A DNA stretch of 64,000 nt. It comes from Candidatus Saccharibacteria bacterium CG2_30_41_52 (lineage in GTDB: Bacteria > Patescibacteriota > Saccharimonadia > Saccharimonadales > Saccharimonadaceae). Below the pieces are notes generated by a model, which was not told the DNA's origin, did not search any database, and saw nothing but the letters and a program-made list of their open reading frames with translations. Made by a program: the position numbers and the translations under genes. The stretch lies in contig MNZN01000012.1 of assembly GCA_001873625.1 (NCBI GenBank), positions 12,712 to 76,711 of the forward strand, written 5' to 3'. Positions 16,468 through 26,400 of this stretch are shown piece after piece; within the stretch, counting starts at the first letter, position 1, and each line of letters opens with the position of its first letter.

Positions 16468-17472
16468 ATGAAAAAGAACCAAATACTTATTACAGCTTGT
16501 CTAAGCTTTACAGCTCTAGCCTTCGGATTGATATATTCAACACCTCAAGTTGCCGCTCAGACTAATGCAACTGGGCAAGGGCTTGAAATTGCACCACCAG
16601 TTATTACACTAACAGCTGATCCAGGACAAACAATTAATACAAAGATTAGTCTACGCGACGTTTCAGGTGGAGATTTAGTTGTAACCGGTCAAATTAATGA
16701 CTTCGTAGCTAGCGGCGAAGGTGGCGCACCAAAAGTGTTGCTAGAAGAAACCGATAAAAGTCCTTACTCAATTAAGGATTGGATTAGTCCTCTTCCAGAA
16801 TTAACATTAAAACCTAAACAGATAGAAAACCTTCCAGTAACTATAACTGTGCCGACAAATGCAGCACCTGGTGGTTATTATGGCGTAATTCGTTTTACGG
16901 CCACACCCCCCGAACTAAAAGATACAGGCGTATCACTATCAGCTAGCTTAGGGGCATTGATATTGCTGAGAGTTAATGGCGACGTAAAAGAAGAACTATC
17001 AATTGAAGAGTTTTTTGTTAGTAAAAATGGCGGCAAAGGGACCTTGTTTGAAACAGCTCCATTGCAATTTTCTGAACGTTTAAAAAATGATGGTACTATT
17101 CACGAAAAACCAAGTGGCCTAGTAACTATAACTGACATGTTCGGTAATAAAACTGCTACTTTAGGTATTAATCAACCGCCAACCAATATTTTGCCAGGCA
17201 GTATTCGTAAATACGATCAAACATTAGATAGTTCGGTAATTGGCAACAAGATATTATTTGGGCTATATACAGCTGACCTCAGCATTACATATGGTGCAAA
17301 TAACACCGTATTAAATCAAAAGATTACATTCTGGGTTATACCATATACGCTAATTGGCGCAACAATTGCCGCACTAATCATTGCATTCCTTGGTCTACGC
17401 TATGCAATCAAACGTTACAACAAACACATTCGCGACCAAGTACTCGGCACTACTAAAAAGTCAAAAAAGTAA
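16468..17472 (+). CDS. signal peptide + beta-sandwich (Ig-like) domains + C-terminal TM anchor; DUF916/DUF3324 (CscA)-like layout
   Basis: Signal ...PQVAA/QT. Strands LEIAPPVITLTADPGQTINTKISLRDVSG and PVTITVPTNAAPGGYYGVIRFTA. C-terminal TM helix LIGATIAALIIAFLGL with a basic tail RYAIKRYNKH...KKSKK. There is a 3-nt gap to the upstream gene. Confidence 0.5.
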   Translation: MKKNQILITACLSFTALAFGLIYSTPQVAAQTNATGQGLEIAPPVITLTADPGQTINTKISLRDVSGGDLVVTGQINDFVASGEGGAPKVLLEETDKSPYSIKDWISPLPELTLKPKQIENLPVTITVPTNAAPGGYYGVIRFTATPPELKDTGVSLSASLGALILLRVNGDVKEELSIEEFFVSKNGGKGTLFETAPLQFSERLKNDGTIHEKPSGLVTITDMFGNKTATLGINQPPTNILPGSIRKYDQTLDSSVIGNKILFGLYTADLSITYGANNTVLNQKITFWVIPYTLIGATIAALIIAFLGLRYAIKRYNKHIRDQVLGTTKKSKK

Positions 17473-17513
17473 TACTATAATCAAGTCGTTTTACACTTAC
17501 GGCACGGTGTATA

Positions 17514-18500
17514 TTGCCTAGTATGCGTGATATAATACAGATTATGCTAACATGGTTGAAATTAAGTCAACATCATCATAGCGGTCGTTTAAGGCCTCAT
17601 GAACATACCTCTTATGCCCTACTAGGACTGATACTGATAATAGTCGGCCTTGCTTTGACTGCTTATACTGCATACGCCTCAACGCCATATACAGGACCCG
17701 AAGCTGGATCAATAAGCTTGACCGGCGTTATGCCTGGCAAACCGCCGACAATTGCCGCAACAATCAAATCCACAAATGACCAGGAACGTTTTACCAATTC
17801 ACCCGTTATATTTACTGGAACTTGTCCAGCTAATACATTGGTAGAAATATTTAAAAATGATATTTTTGCAGGATCAACTCCGTGTACTGACGCTGGGATT
17901 TATTCGGTTAGTATTGATTTGATGATTGGGCAAAACATTCTAAAAGCCCGGGTTTATGATGCTTTGAACCAACCAGGCCCTGATTCAACACCGCTAATAG
18001 CGTTCTACGACGCTTTGCCTCCACAAGCTGGCCCATTAACGTCGCTAAATTTTGGTGGCTCACAATTATTGTTAAATACTGATGCAGCCTTTCGTGGAAT
18101 TTTTCCTAACCAAGAATTGAACATTCCTATCGATATCCTCGGTGGTACTGCCCCATACGCATTCAACATTCAATGGGGAGATGCTACTAACAAAGTCGTA
18201 TCGCGTAGTGACAATATGACATTTAAAGTCGGACACACTTACCTAAAAGCAGGTACATACCAGATTTCAATCCAAGCAACCGACGCAATGGGTCGTGTTG
18301 CCTTTCTGACAGTCGCCTCAATCGTAAACGGACAACCTATTATTGCAGCTGCTACTGGCACTGGAAGTGCGGCTGAAAACAAACTATTGGTATTATGGCC
18401 ACTTTATGTCAGCGCAGTTGCTGTTGTTATGAGCTTTTTCATTGGCGAAAAACGCGAAAAACGCGTTCTGATAAAGCATGGTTTACTACAGACCCTATAG
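17514..18500 (+). CDS. membrane protein with PKD-type domain, anchored at both ends
   Basis: N-terminus is His-rich (HHHSGRLRPHEHTSY) followed by a TM helix. PKD-like block APYAFNIQWGDATNKVVSRSDNMTFKVGHTYLKAGTYQISIQATDAMGRVAF. C-terminal TM helix LLVLWPLYVSAVAVVMSFFIG. Start may be ATG 17544. Confidence 0.55.
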   Translation: MPSMRDIIQIMLTWLKLSQHHHSGRLRPHEHTSYALLGLILIIVGLALTAYTAYASTPYTGPEAGSISLTGVMPGKPPTIAATIKSTNDQERFTNSPVIFTGTCPANTLVEIFKNDIFAGSTPCTDAGIYSVSIDLMIGQNILKARVYDALNQPGPDSTPLIAFYDALPPQAGPLTSLNFGGSQLLLNTDAAFRGIFPNQELNIPIDILGGTAPYAFNIQWGDATNKVVSRSDNMTFKVGHTYLKAGTYQISIQATDAMGRVAFLTVASIVNGQPIIAAATGTGSAAENKLLVLWPLYVSAVAVVMSFFIGEKREKRVLIKHGLLQTL

Positions 18501-18536
18501 TTAACAAAAAGACAATCAAAAAATGCGCATTTACCC

Positions 18537-18565
18537 TTGTAAAAATACCTTATAGCGTTTATGAT
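18537..18565 (+). promoter_or_regulatory. promoter candidate TTGTAA-17-TATGAT
   Basis: The hexamers are separated by 17 nt and lie about 75 nt upstream of the 18641 start. Confidence 0.3.
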
Positions 18566-18640
18566 TAGACTAGGTAAAGAGCATGTGTGAGACAATCGGT
18601 TTTTGCCATTAACAGATAGTATAGGGACAAAAACAAAACA

Positions 18641-21600
18641 GTGTATTTTGGTGTGTTAAAAGTTTGCCGCAAGCTAACTGCATATGCCCTCTTATTGGGC
18701 TTGTTGGCTGGCGGCTTCATTTTAATTTCCAACCCTGTTAAAGCTGCTCCTGGTATAAACAAGCAAATTAATTTCCAAGGTCGTTTATTGAATTCTCAGG
18801 GTGCAACTGTTCCCGATGGATACTACAACATCGAATTTAAAATCTACCAAGACGGCGATGGCTTAACTGTAGCCTCTACTGGTACACCTGCTGGCACACC
18901 AGAATGGACTGAGGATTGGCTAAACAACAACGGCGACGGCGTTATGGTTAAAAATGGTTTTATGTCAGTTGAACTAGGTTCTGTAACAGCTTTTGGAACA
19001 AGCATTGACTGGAACCAAGACACGCTATACCTATCAATGAACATTGCAGGCATCAATCCAACATGCGCAACCTTTGCTGCTTGTACACCTGACGGTGAAA
19101 TGCTACCTATGAAACGTTTGTCATCAACACCCTACTCTCTAAATTCTGGGTTACTAGGCGGACTATCGAGTGCTCAGTTTTTACAGCTTGCTCAAGGCGT
19201 TCAAACTGATGCTTCAACCAACACCAGCAGCATCTATGTCAACAAGACCGGAACTGGCAATTTGGTTACATTACAATCTGGCAGCAATGATTCATTCGTC
19301 ATCAACAACACAGGTGACATCAATTTTGGTGCCAACGCCAATCACACCGTTTCAGTAACTACAGCCGCTGCGAGTACAGCTGGAAAATCATTGACCATTA
19401 CCGGTGGTGCAGCTGGTACCGGCGCTACCGCACTAGCTGGTGGCGATTTGGTATTACAAGGTGGTGCAGCTGGTGGAACAAACAGCGACGGCGGCAACGT
19501 AACAATCGATGCTGGGCTTAAAAATGGCAGTGGTGCTGACGGCACAATCAGTATCGGCAATAGTTTAGCTAGTACAATCCAGATTGGTAATGCAACATTA
19601 GCTACCGGCACTCAGACAATTAACGTCGGTAACGCCAACACAGCTGGTGGTACGACCAACGTTACTGTTGGTAACGGCGGAACTGCAACTGGCGGTACTA
19701 CTACGATACAAGCCAAAGGCAACGTTATGATCAGCACCAACGGCATAACCCGTGCAACTTTTGATACAACAAACGATTTATACCTGGGTAACGGTACAAT
19801 CGCAGCAGCCCCAAATGACTTTACAATCATCGGAACTGCCAGCAGCACAACAGCTGTCGCCGGTGGATCAATCAATGTTCAAGGCGGAAACGCTACTGTT
19901 GGTGATGCCAATGGCGGTAACGTAGCAATTAACTCTGGTACACTGTTTGGTTCTGGCACCGATGGAACTGTAAGTATCGGTAATACTCACGCATCTACCG
20001 TGCAGATTGGTAACCCTACTCTTGCAGTTGGCACCCAAACTATCAATGTCGGTAACGGCGATACTGCCGGTGGAACAACTAACGTTACTGTTGGTGCCGG
20101 CAGCACAGCAGCTGGCGGTATAACAACTGTTCGCTCAAAAGACGATTTAACCGTAACTACCAGCAATGGAAATATGGGATTAACAGCAGGTGCTGGCACA
20201 ATGACAGTCAGCAGCAGCGGAAACTCATCTCTGACTAGCACCGGTGGAACTATTGCCCTTAGCAGTAACGGAAACACAACTATCACTAGCACCGCTGGAA
20301 CAGTTGGCATAGTAAGCAACGGTGCCACTACCATCACAACCAACGGCGCTGTTCGTGGAACTTTTGACTCAGCATCATATGGACTTTATCTAGGTGCTGG
20401 AGTAACCGGAGCTTTGAATCCATTCACAGTAAGCGCAACTAATGGCTCTGCTGGAGTCGCCGGTAGCGCATTGACTGTCAAAGGTGGCATTGGTGGATCA
20501 AGTTCAGCTGGTGGTGCATTGAATTTGCAAGGTGGTGCCGGTGGAACAACATCAGGCGCTGGTGGTGCAGTCGGCGTTCAGGGTGGAAATGCAACCGCTG
20601 GAAACTCAAACGGCGGAGACCTTTCACTTAACGCTGGTACTAAATTTGGCGCTGGTGTTGATGGCAACATAAATATTGGAAATCTGAATACTAATACTAT
20701 CCAAGTTGGCAATACCGCACTTGCAGCTGGTACTCAAACCATCAATATTGGCAATAACAATACCGCTGGTGGAACAACAAACGTCACAATCGGATCTGGA
20801 AATACTGCAACTACCGGCACAACTGCATTACAAGCCAAAGGGAATATCACAATTAGCACCGCCGGTGTTGCCCGCGGTACATTTGATAGTGCAACCGGGA
20901 ATCTATATCTAGGCAACGGCGTAACAGCTGGCGCTCCAAGCAATTTCACTATTAGCGGCACTGGTAGTTCTACAACCGCAGTTGCAGGTGGCACAATTAC
21001 CGTTCAAGGTGGAAACGCTACCGTTGGTAATGCCAACGGCGGCAATTTAACACTAAGCGGTGGTACTGGTTTTGGTACAGGGTCTAACGGTTTAGTGGTC
21101 ATGAGTACGCCTACCTTCTCGACAACAGCAAACGACGCCAACTGTTACACTGGCGGAGCATTGGTTGCTGCTACTTGTACATTCACAAATGCATCTGTTA
21201 ATAACTCAGCCGCTATTTTGGCTGGCTTTAGTGCTACTGGCCAAACTGCTAATTTACCAGACCCTACAATTTCTACGGCTGGACGAGTTATATACATTAC
21301 CGCTGCTAATTCCAGCAAAGACTTTATTTTATCAGTAAACGGTGGTGGCGTTGGTGATACAATCGCCATGCGTCAAAATACTACTGCAACCATGATTTGG
21401 AACGGCTCAGATTGGACTGCAGCCGGTGCATCCAGTTCGACAACTTTGCAATCTGCATACGACAACACTTTGACGACAGCTGGTGGTGCCGAGTTAGTTC
21501 TAAGCAACAGCGCTAATGCAAACGGATTAACAATTCGTGATAATCCAACTACGCCAATTAATGGCGCATTATTGGAAGTACAAACCTCCACCGCAGGTCA

Positions 21601-23371
21601 ATTATTCTCGATTAATAACAATACAACTGAATATGCCAAGGATGGTGGTGCTGAGACTGGCGGCGGTACCAGCGATACAACCGATGCAACTTTCCCTGCA
21701 ACAACTTGGTCACAAACTGCAACCGGTAGTACTGTTTCACGTACAACAACCACTATCAATGCCAATGCCCAGATTTCAACTGGTATGGCATCTGTTTCAG
21801 TTGTTACAACCGGTACAGCAAACGCCGGCGCAATTAATCGCCTATCGACAACATTGACACAAAACATGCGCTACAACGTGTCGTTCACTTCTAAGCTATT
21901 ATCAACCAGCAATGCCTTCCAGGATCTAGCCGTTTATTATTCAGTCAACGGTTCAACTTTGACGACACAGTGTGTCAATTATAGTACGCAAACTATACAA
22001 GTTAGTGCTTGGTCTAAAATAAACTGTACAGTTTCAATTCCAGCAGGAGCAACGTCAACAAACTCAATTATTATCGTCCAAACCGGTGCAACTGCCCACA
22101 CATTCTATATCGACAACCTTAGCGTTTCACTAAGCGCTGACGTCAACTATGCAACTGACGGTGGTGCAGATGATACTGCGAACTTTGCTACTAACTGGAC
22201 TGCTGTTGGTAGCGCATCAGTAGCAGCCGATGCATCTGTAGGAAATGAACGAAATACTAGCGCCAGAGTAACTGCAGGTACAGCAGCGGGAAATGGAATA
22301 CGCAATATTTTATCCATTAATCCATTCACAGGTAGTACGCTTTATCGAGTAACTGTCTATGCATACATATCTGCCGGAACCACTCCATTTAATGATTTCA
22401 CGATTCGTTATTCACCAAACGCAGGTACTAACTTTATCAGCTGTAAAGATTATAATACTCAAATAGTCAGCACTTCGCCTGGTGATTTTGCCAAGATAAC
22501 TTGCTACATAACGACTGACAATACTGCCATAACAACACCTTACGTTTATTTCACACAAACAGCCGCAGCCGGCAGCGCTCGAACATGGTATGTTGATACG
22601 TTCTCGATGAACCTATCCAGCAACACCGTTCCAAACGTTCAAATCGGTGGCGGTTTAGCTGGTAGCCCACTAACACTATTCACTTTGGACCGAGGTGCGT
22701 CTGCGCCAATCGCAGCCAACAATGATGCCCTACTAGGTTCAATGTACTACGATACAACATTGGGCAAATTGCAATGTTACGAATCTGATGGTTGGGGTGC
22801 TTGTGGTTCAAGCCCTGATAACGTTATTACAATCTCGCCAGAATACACCAATGCCGTATTACACGGAACTGGTGTCGGTACAATGACATCAGACCTATGT
22901 TCTGATACTTTGGATATCAATGACGGTAGCTCATCTCAAGCAACAATCTGCGGAACAAACGAAACATACAACTTCTATAAATGGACATCTCCACAAGCTA
23001 GTGCACAAACATACAGCATCTATGTTACCTACCAATTACCAAGCACATTCAAGTCATTTACTTCTGGACAAACGTCACTCATGGGACGTACTGATAATGG
23101 TCCTTCGTCAGGTACTGGCACAGTTCAATATTCTATTTTCAGAAACTCTACCGGATCTGTTCTAACGCAATGCGGATCCGCAATTACAGTTTCAACCGGA
23201 ACATCTACTGCATGGGAAATCGGTACAACAACTGGCGAAAATGGCGCAGCCGATCCGTCAGCCTGTGGATTTAACGCTGGTGATAGTATTGTGTTCAAAA
23301 TTGATATGATCGCTAACCAAAACGCAAATGCATACGTCGGCAACCTTAACTTCACCTTCACAAATAAGTAG
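18641..23371 (+). CDS. giant secreted surface protein (1576 aa): conserved N-terminal module, three G/T/N-rich solenoid-like modules, two CBM4_9-like beta-sandwich domains, Cys-containing C-terminal domain
   Basis: Signal/anchor LLLGLLAGGFILISNPVKA/AP. N-terminal module INFQGRLLNSQGATVPDGYYNIEFKIY. Repeats of TIQIGNxxLAxGTQTINVGNxxTAGGTTNVT. The FYIDNLSVSL and WYVDTFSMNL endings are typical of carbohydrate-binding-module-like domains. Confidence 0.6.
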   Translation: MYFGVLKVCRKLTAYALLLGLLAGGFILISNPVKAAPGINKQINFQGRLLNSQGATVPDGYYNIEFKIYQDGDGLTVASTGTPAGTPEWTEDWLNNNGDGVMVKNGFMSVELGSVTAFGTSIDWNQDTLYLSMNIAGINPTCATFAACTPDGEMLPMKRLSSTPYSLNSGLLGGLSSAQFLQLAQGVQTDASTNTSSIYVNKTGTGNLVTLQSGSNDSFVINNTGDINFGANANHTVSVTTAAASTAGKSLTITGGAAGTGATALAGGDLVLQGGAAGGTNSDGGNVTIDAGLKNGSGADGTISIGNSLASTIQIGNATLATGTQTINVGNANTAGGTTNVTVGNGGTATGGTTTIQAKGNVMISTNGITRATFDTTNDLYLGNGTIAAAPNDFTIIGTASSTTAVAGGSINVQGGNATVGDANGGNVAINSGTLFGSGTDGTVSIGNTHASTVQIGNPTLAVGTQTINVGNGDTAGGTTNVTVGAGSTAAGGITTVRSKDDLTVTTSNGNMGLTAGAGTMTVSSSGNSSLTSTGGTIALSSNGNTTITSTAGTVGIVSNGATTITTNGAVRGTFDSASYGLYLGAGVTGALNPFTVSATNGSAGVAGSALTVKGGIGGSSSAGGALNLQGGAGGTTSGAGGAVGVQGGNATAGNSNGGDLSLNAGTKFGAGVDGNINIGNLNTNTIQVGNTALAAGTQTINIGNNNTAGGTTNVTIGSGNTATTGTTALQAKGNITISTAGVARGTFDSATGNLYLGNGVTAGAPSNFTISGTGSSTTAVAGGTITVQGGNATVGNANGGNLTLSGGTGFGTGSNGLVVMSTPTFSTTANDANCYTGGALVAATCTFTNASVNNSAAILAGFSATGQTANLPDPTISTAGRVIYITAANSSKDFILSVNGGGVGDTIAMRQNTTATMIWNGSDWTAAGASSSTTLQSAYDNTLTTAGGAELVLSNSANANGLTIRDNPTTPINGALLEVQTSTAGQLFSINNNTTEYAKDGGAETGGGTSDTTDATFPATTWSQTATGSTVSRTTTTINANAQISTGMASVSVVTTGTANAGAINRLSTTLTQNMRYNVSFTSKLLSTSNAFQDLAVYYSVNGSTLTTQCVNYSTQTIQVSAWSKINCTVSIPAGATSTNSIIIVQTGATAHTFYIDNLSVSLSADVNYATDGGADDTANFATNWTAVGSASVAADASVGNERNTSARVTAGTAAGNGIRNILSINPFTGSTLYRVTVYAYISAGTTPFNDFTIRYSPNAGTNFISCKDYNTQIVSTSPGDFAKITCYITTDNTAITTPYVYFTQTAAAGSARTWYVDTFSMNLSSNTVPNVQIGGGLAGSPLTLFTLDRGASAPIAANNDALLGSMYYDTTLGKLQCYESDGWGACGSSPDNVITISPEYTNAVLHGTGVGTMTSDLCSDTLDINDGSSSQATICGTNETYNFYKWTSPQASAQTYSIYVTYQLPSTFKSFTSGQTSLMGRTDNGPSSGTGTVQYSIFRNSTGSVLTQCGSAITVSTGTSTAWEIGTTTGENGAADPSACGFNAGDSIVFKIDMIANQNANAYVGNLNFTFTNK
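19488..21040 (+). repeat. three diverged copies of a roughly 140-aa coding module inside the 1576-aa gene
   Basis: Module starts are at about 19488, 19914 (copy diverges after about 75 aa) and 20612. Each begins GG(N/D)(V/L)..(D/N)(A/S)G..(N/F)GSG.DG.(I/V)SIGN...T(I/V)QIGN..LA.GTQTINVGN..TAGGTTNVT. Confidence 0.7.
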
Positions 23372-23487
23372 TCGTCAACTCACGATTATCATTTGTATTT
23401 AGGTTTATTCTATTCTTCTATACTAGGGGCATCACAATACTACTCTGCTTCTTAAATTCTTAACATAACTATGATAAAATAACAGTA

Positions 23488-26400
23488 GTGAAATATGGAA
23501 ATATGAATAAAATAAAAGACATAAAATCCGAATGGCGTAAGCGTCTGTCTGGAATGCGATGTTATGTTAAATCTTTGCTAAAAAAATCAACTATATTCTA
23601 TAACAAACAAAAAAACGCCAACTTCTTTTGCCTAAAGAAATGGTCGGTCAGATTTGGGGTTGGCGGTTCTGCTGTCGCCTTGGTATTTACGATAGTTTTC
23701 TTTATTGTGATACCTATACTTACGCCACCTTCGTACAAACTCGGCACTGCTAGATTGTTGCTGACCGAAGTAAATGATATTATGGCCAAGAAGCTGACTT
23801 TTGACTCGCTAAAACGACAATTTAATTTTGCTAATGGCCAAGATTCATACAATTCAGTCTCTGTTGCCAATAACACTCAAAAAATAGCTGCGACTATTGA
23901 TCAAGACCCATCAAAAGGCGTTACAGTCACCGATTCAACTAACAAAGTTGATTTCATCGCAACACCAAATTATGGCTTAACTGGTGGCCAACAAAGTGAC
24001 AACCGCATTGTTTTTCCGTTAACCAACAAAAAAGGCTGGTTAGTATACACCGTTGAGGGAACTGGCGTTAAAGAAGACATATTATTGACTAAATCTGATA
24101 GCGATACTCAGACATTCGGATACACGCTAAAATTAGGTGACAATTTAGAAGCTCGCATAGAATCAGATGGTGGAATTGGTGTTTATGGCAATACTTTGTT
24201 AAGTGGTAACATCACTACCTCAAGTGATAGCGATGCTGCTTTGTTACAAAAAGCTAGACAAAATGCTGCCAAAAACACTTTATTGTTTGTTATTCCAAAA
24301 CCAGTAATTATCGAAAAAGATAGCAAAACCTCATCTGCTAAAGCCACATATGAGTTAAATGGAAACAATTTAAGGATTAAAATTACTGGTTTAAATAAAG
24401 CCACTTACCCACTTTCAATTGACCCAAGCATTTATGTTGTGACCGCCCAACAGTTCATGAACGGAAATAATGAAACCAACATCGACTTTGATGTAGCGAA
24501 TAAATTAATCAAAAAAGGTCGCACCACTGGCGCGCGATTTGACGCGTGGAATACTACGACTAGTCTCCCCGCTCCTTCATGGGGTAGCGGCACAGTTGCA
24601 GCCGGCGGCAAGATTTATTCAGTCGGTGGAACTTCATTTAGTGGACAGATATATAGCACTCAAGGTTCCGACACATACACTGTACCAAGCGGAGTAACCA
24701 GTGTATCAGTCAAAATATGGGGTGGTGGTGCAGGTGGTGGTGCAGGTGGTGGTGGCGGAGTTGGTGGTGCAGGTGGTGGTGCAGGCGCAGTAGCAGGTAC
24801 TATTTCAGTAACACCCGGTGAGACTCTAGATATTTATGTTGGTGGTGGTGGTATAGCGGGTGCCAGAAATACTGCTGGTGGTGGTGGCGGCGGTGGTGGA
24901 TCGTCGACAATAAATCGTAATTCTGATTCAAGTCTTCTAGCTATTGCGGCCGGTGGTGGTGGTGGCGGCGGTGGTCTTAATAACTCATCCCGCTTTGGCA
25001 CAGCTGGTGGTGCTGGTGGTGGAATTAACGGTGTAGCCGGCACTAACTTTTCAGGCAGTATAACTGGTGGTGGTGGTGGTACACAAACTGGCGGTGGTGG
25101 CGCTGGCGGTGGAGGTAGTAACATTGGAACAGCCGGCACATCATTAACAGGAGGATTAGGTGGTGATGGTCGTACTAGCGGCGGAAATGATGGCAGCGGT
25201 GCTGCCGGTGGATTAGCTAATGGTGGTGACGGTGGCCTAGTAATAAATACCTCTCGTGCCGGTGGCGGTGGTGGCGGCGCTGGATACTTTGGTGGTGGTG
25301 GTGGTACAGGATCTACCAGTAATAGCGGTGGTACTGGCGCAGGTGGTGGATCAAGCTATGCTCCCTCTGGTCTTACATCATATGCCGGTAGCGGCACATC
25401 ACCAGGACAATCTGGCGATTCTTATCGCAACGGCGCCGGCACTGGCGGCAATGGTGGTGCTGTTGGTGGCGTCGGCACTAGCGGTACTAACGGATTAGTC
25501 GTTATAACCTACGGGTCTGGTAGTGAAGTTGTTTCTCAGTCTGTCAACTGGGCACAATTTAATACTACGACTGGCTCAATCGACAGCCCAAATCCAGGCG
25601 GCGGTACGTGTAGTGGCTGGTGCACAACCGCCGCATATAACTTACCCTCTGCTCGGTCAAACTTTTCACTAGTTGCCTATAACGGTTTCTTATACGCCAT
25701 GGGAGGTATCAATACGGTCGGCGGCACTGCACAAAATTCAGTCTATGTAGCTAAGATTGGTGCCAACGGTGAACCTCAATTATGGCATCCGACCGATTCA
25801 AACAAAAGCAATTGGGTATATTGGTACCAGGATACAAATCTAAGTTCGATTCGTTCTAATATGGGCGCCGTTGCCTATAATAACCGAATGTATTTGTTGG
25901 GCGGACAGTCCACCAGTGGCAACGCGGTTAACACTGTTGAGATTGCCGACATTAAACCAACAGGTGTATTAGGCGCATGGACGGCTTCGACTGATCTTCC
26001 ATACACTGGCTTGTTTGGCGAGGGCGTTCAAGTATATAACGATCGGCTATATATTCTGGGCGGTTCTACTAGCTTGACCGGTGCCCCATTAGACGATGTG
26101 TATTACAACAAGATTAATAGCGATGGAACGCTAAACAGCTGGGTACTAAACCCTACTAGTTTCTCGACTGGGCGTATTACTAATGGCGGAAACTTCTCGG
26201 TTGTTTGGGGTGCATATATGTATATTTCTGGTGGGTGTAATACGGTAAACGGTAGCGGGTACTGTAGCGCTATAAGTTCAGATACACAGGTCGCCAGTAT
26301 TAATGCTGACGGAAGTATAGATGCATGGAACACAGTTGGAGGTGTCGCCAACCAGCGCATGGGCTTTGGTATGATAGCCTGGCGCGAAAGAATATATGAA

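Noticed and set aside
24834-25139. 101-aa poly-proline ORF on the minus strand.
   Set aside because: It is an antisense shadow of the GGN-rich coding tract, with no start context or independent signal.
24719-25480. Repetitive GGT-rich DNA, considered as a CRISPR array or non-coding tandem repeat.
   Set aside because: There is no repeat-spacer periodicity. The tract is in frame within a long ORF and encodes poly-Gly segments of a glycine-rich domain.
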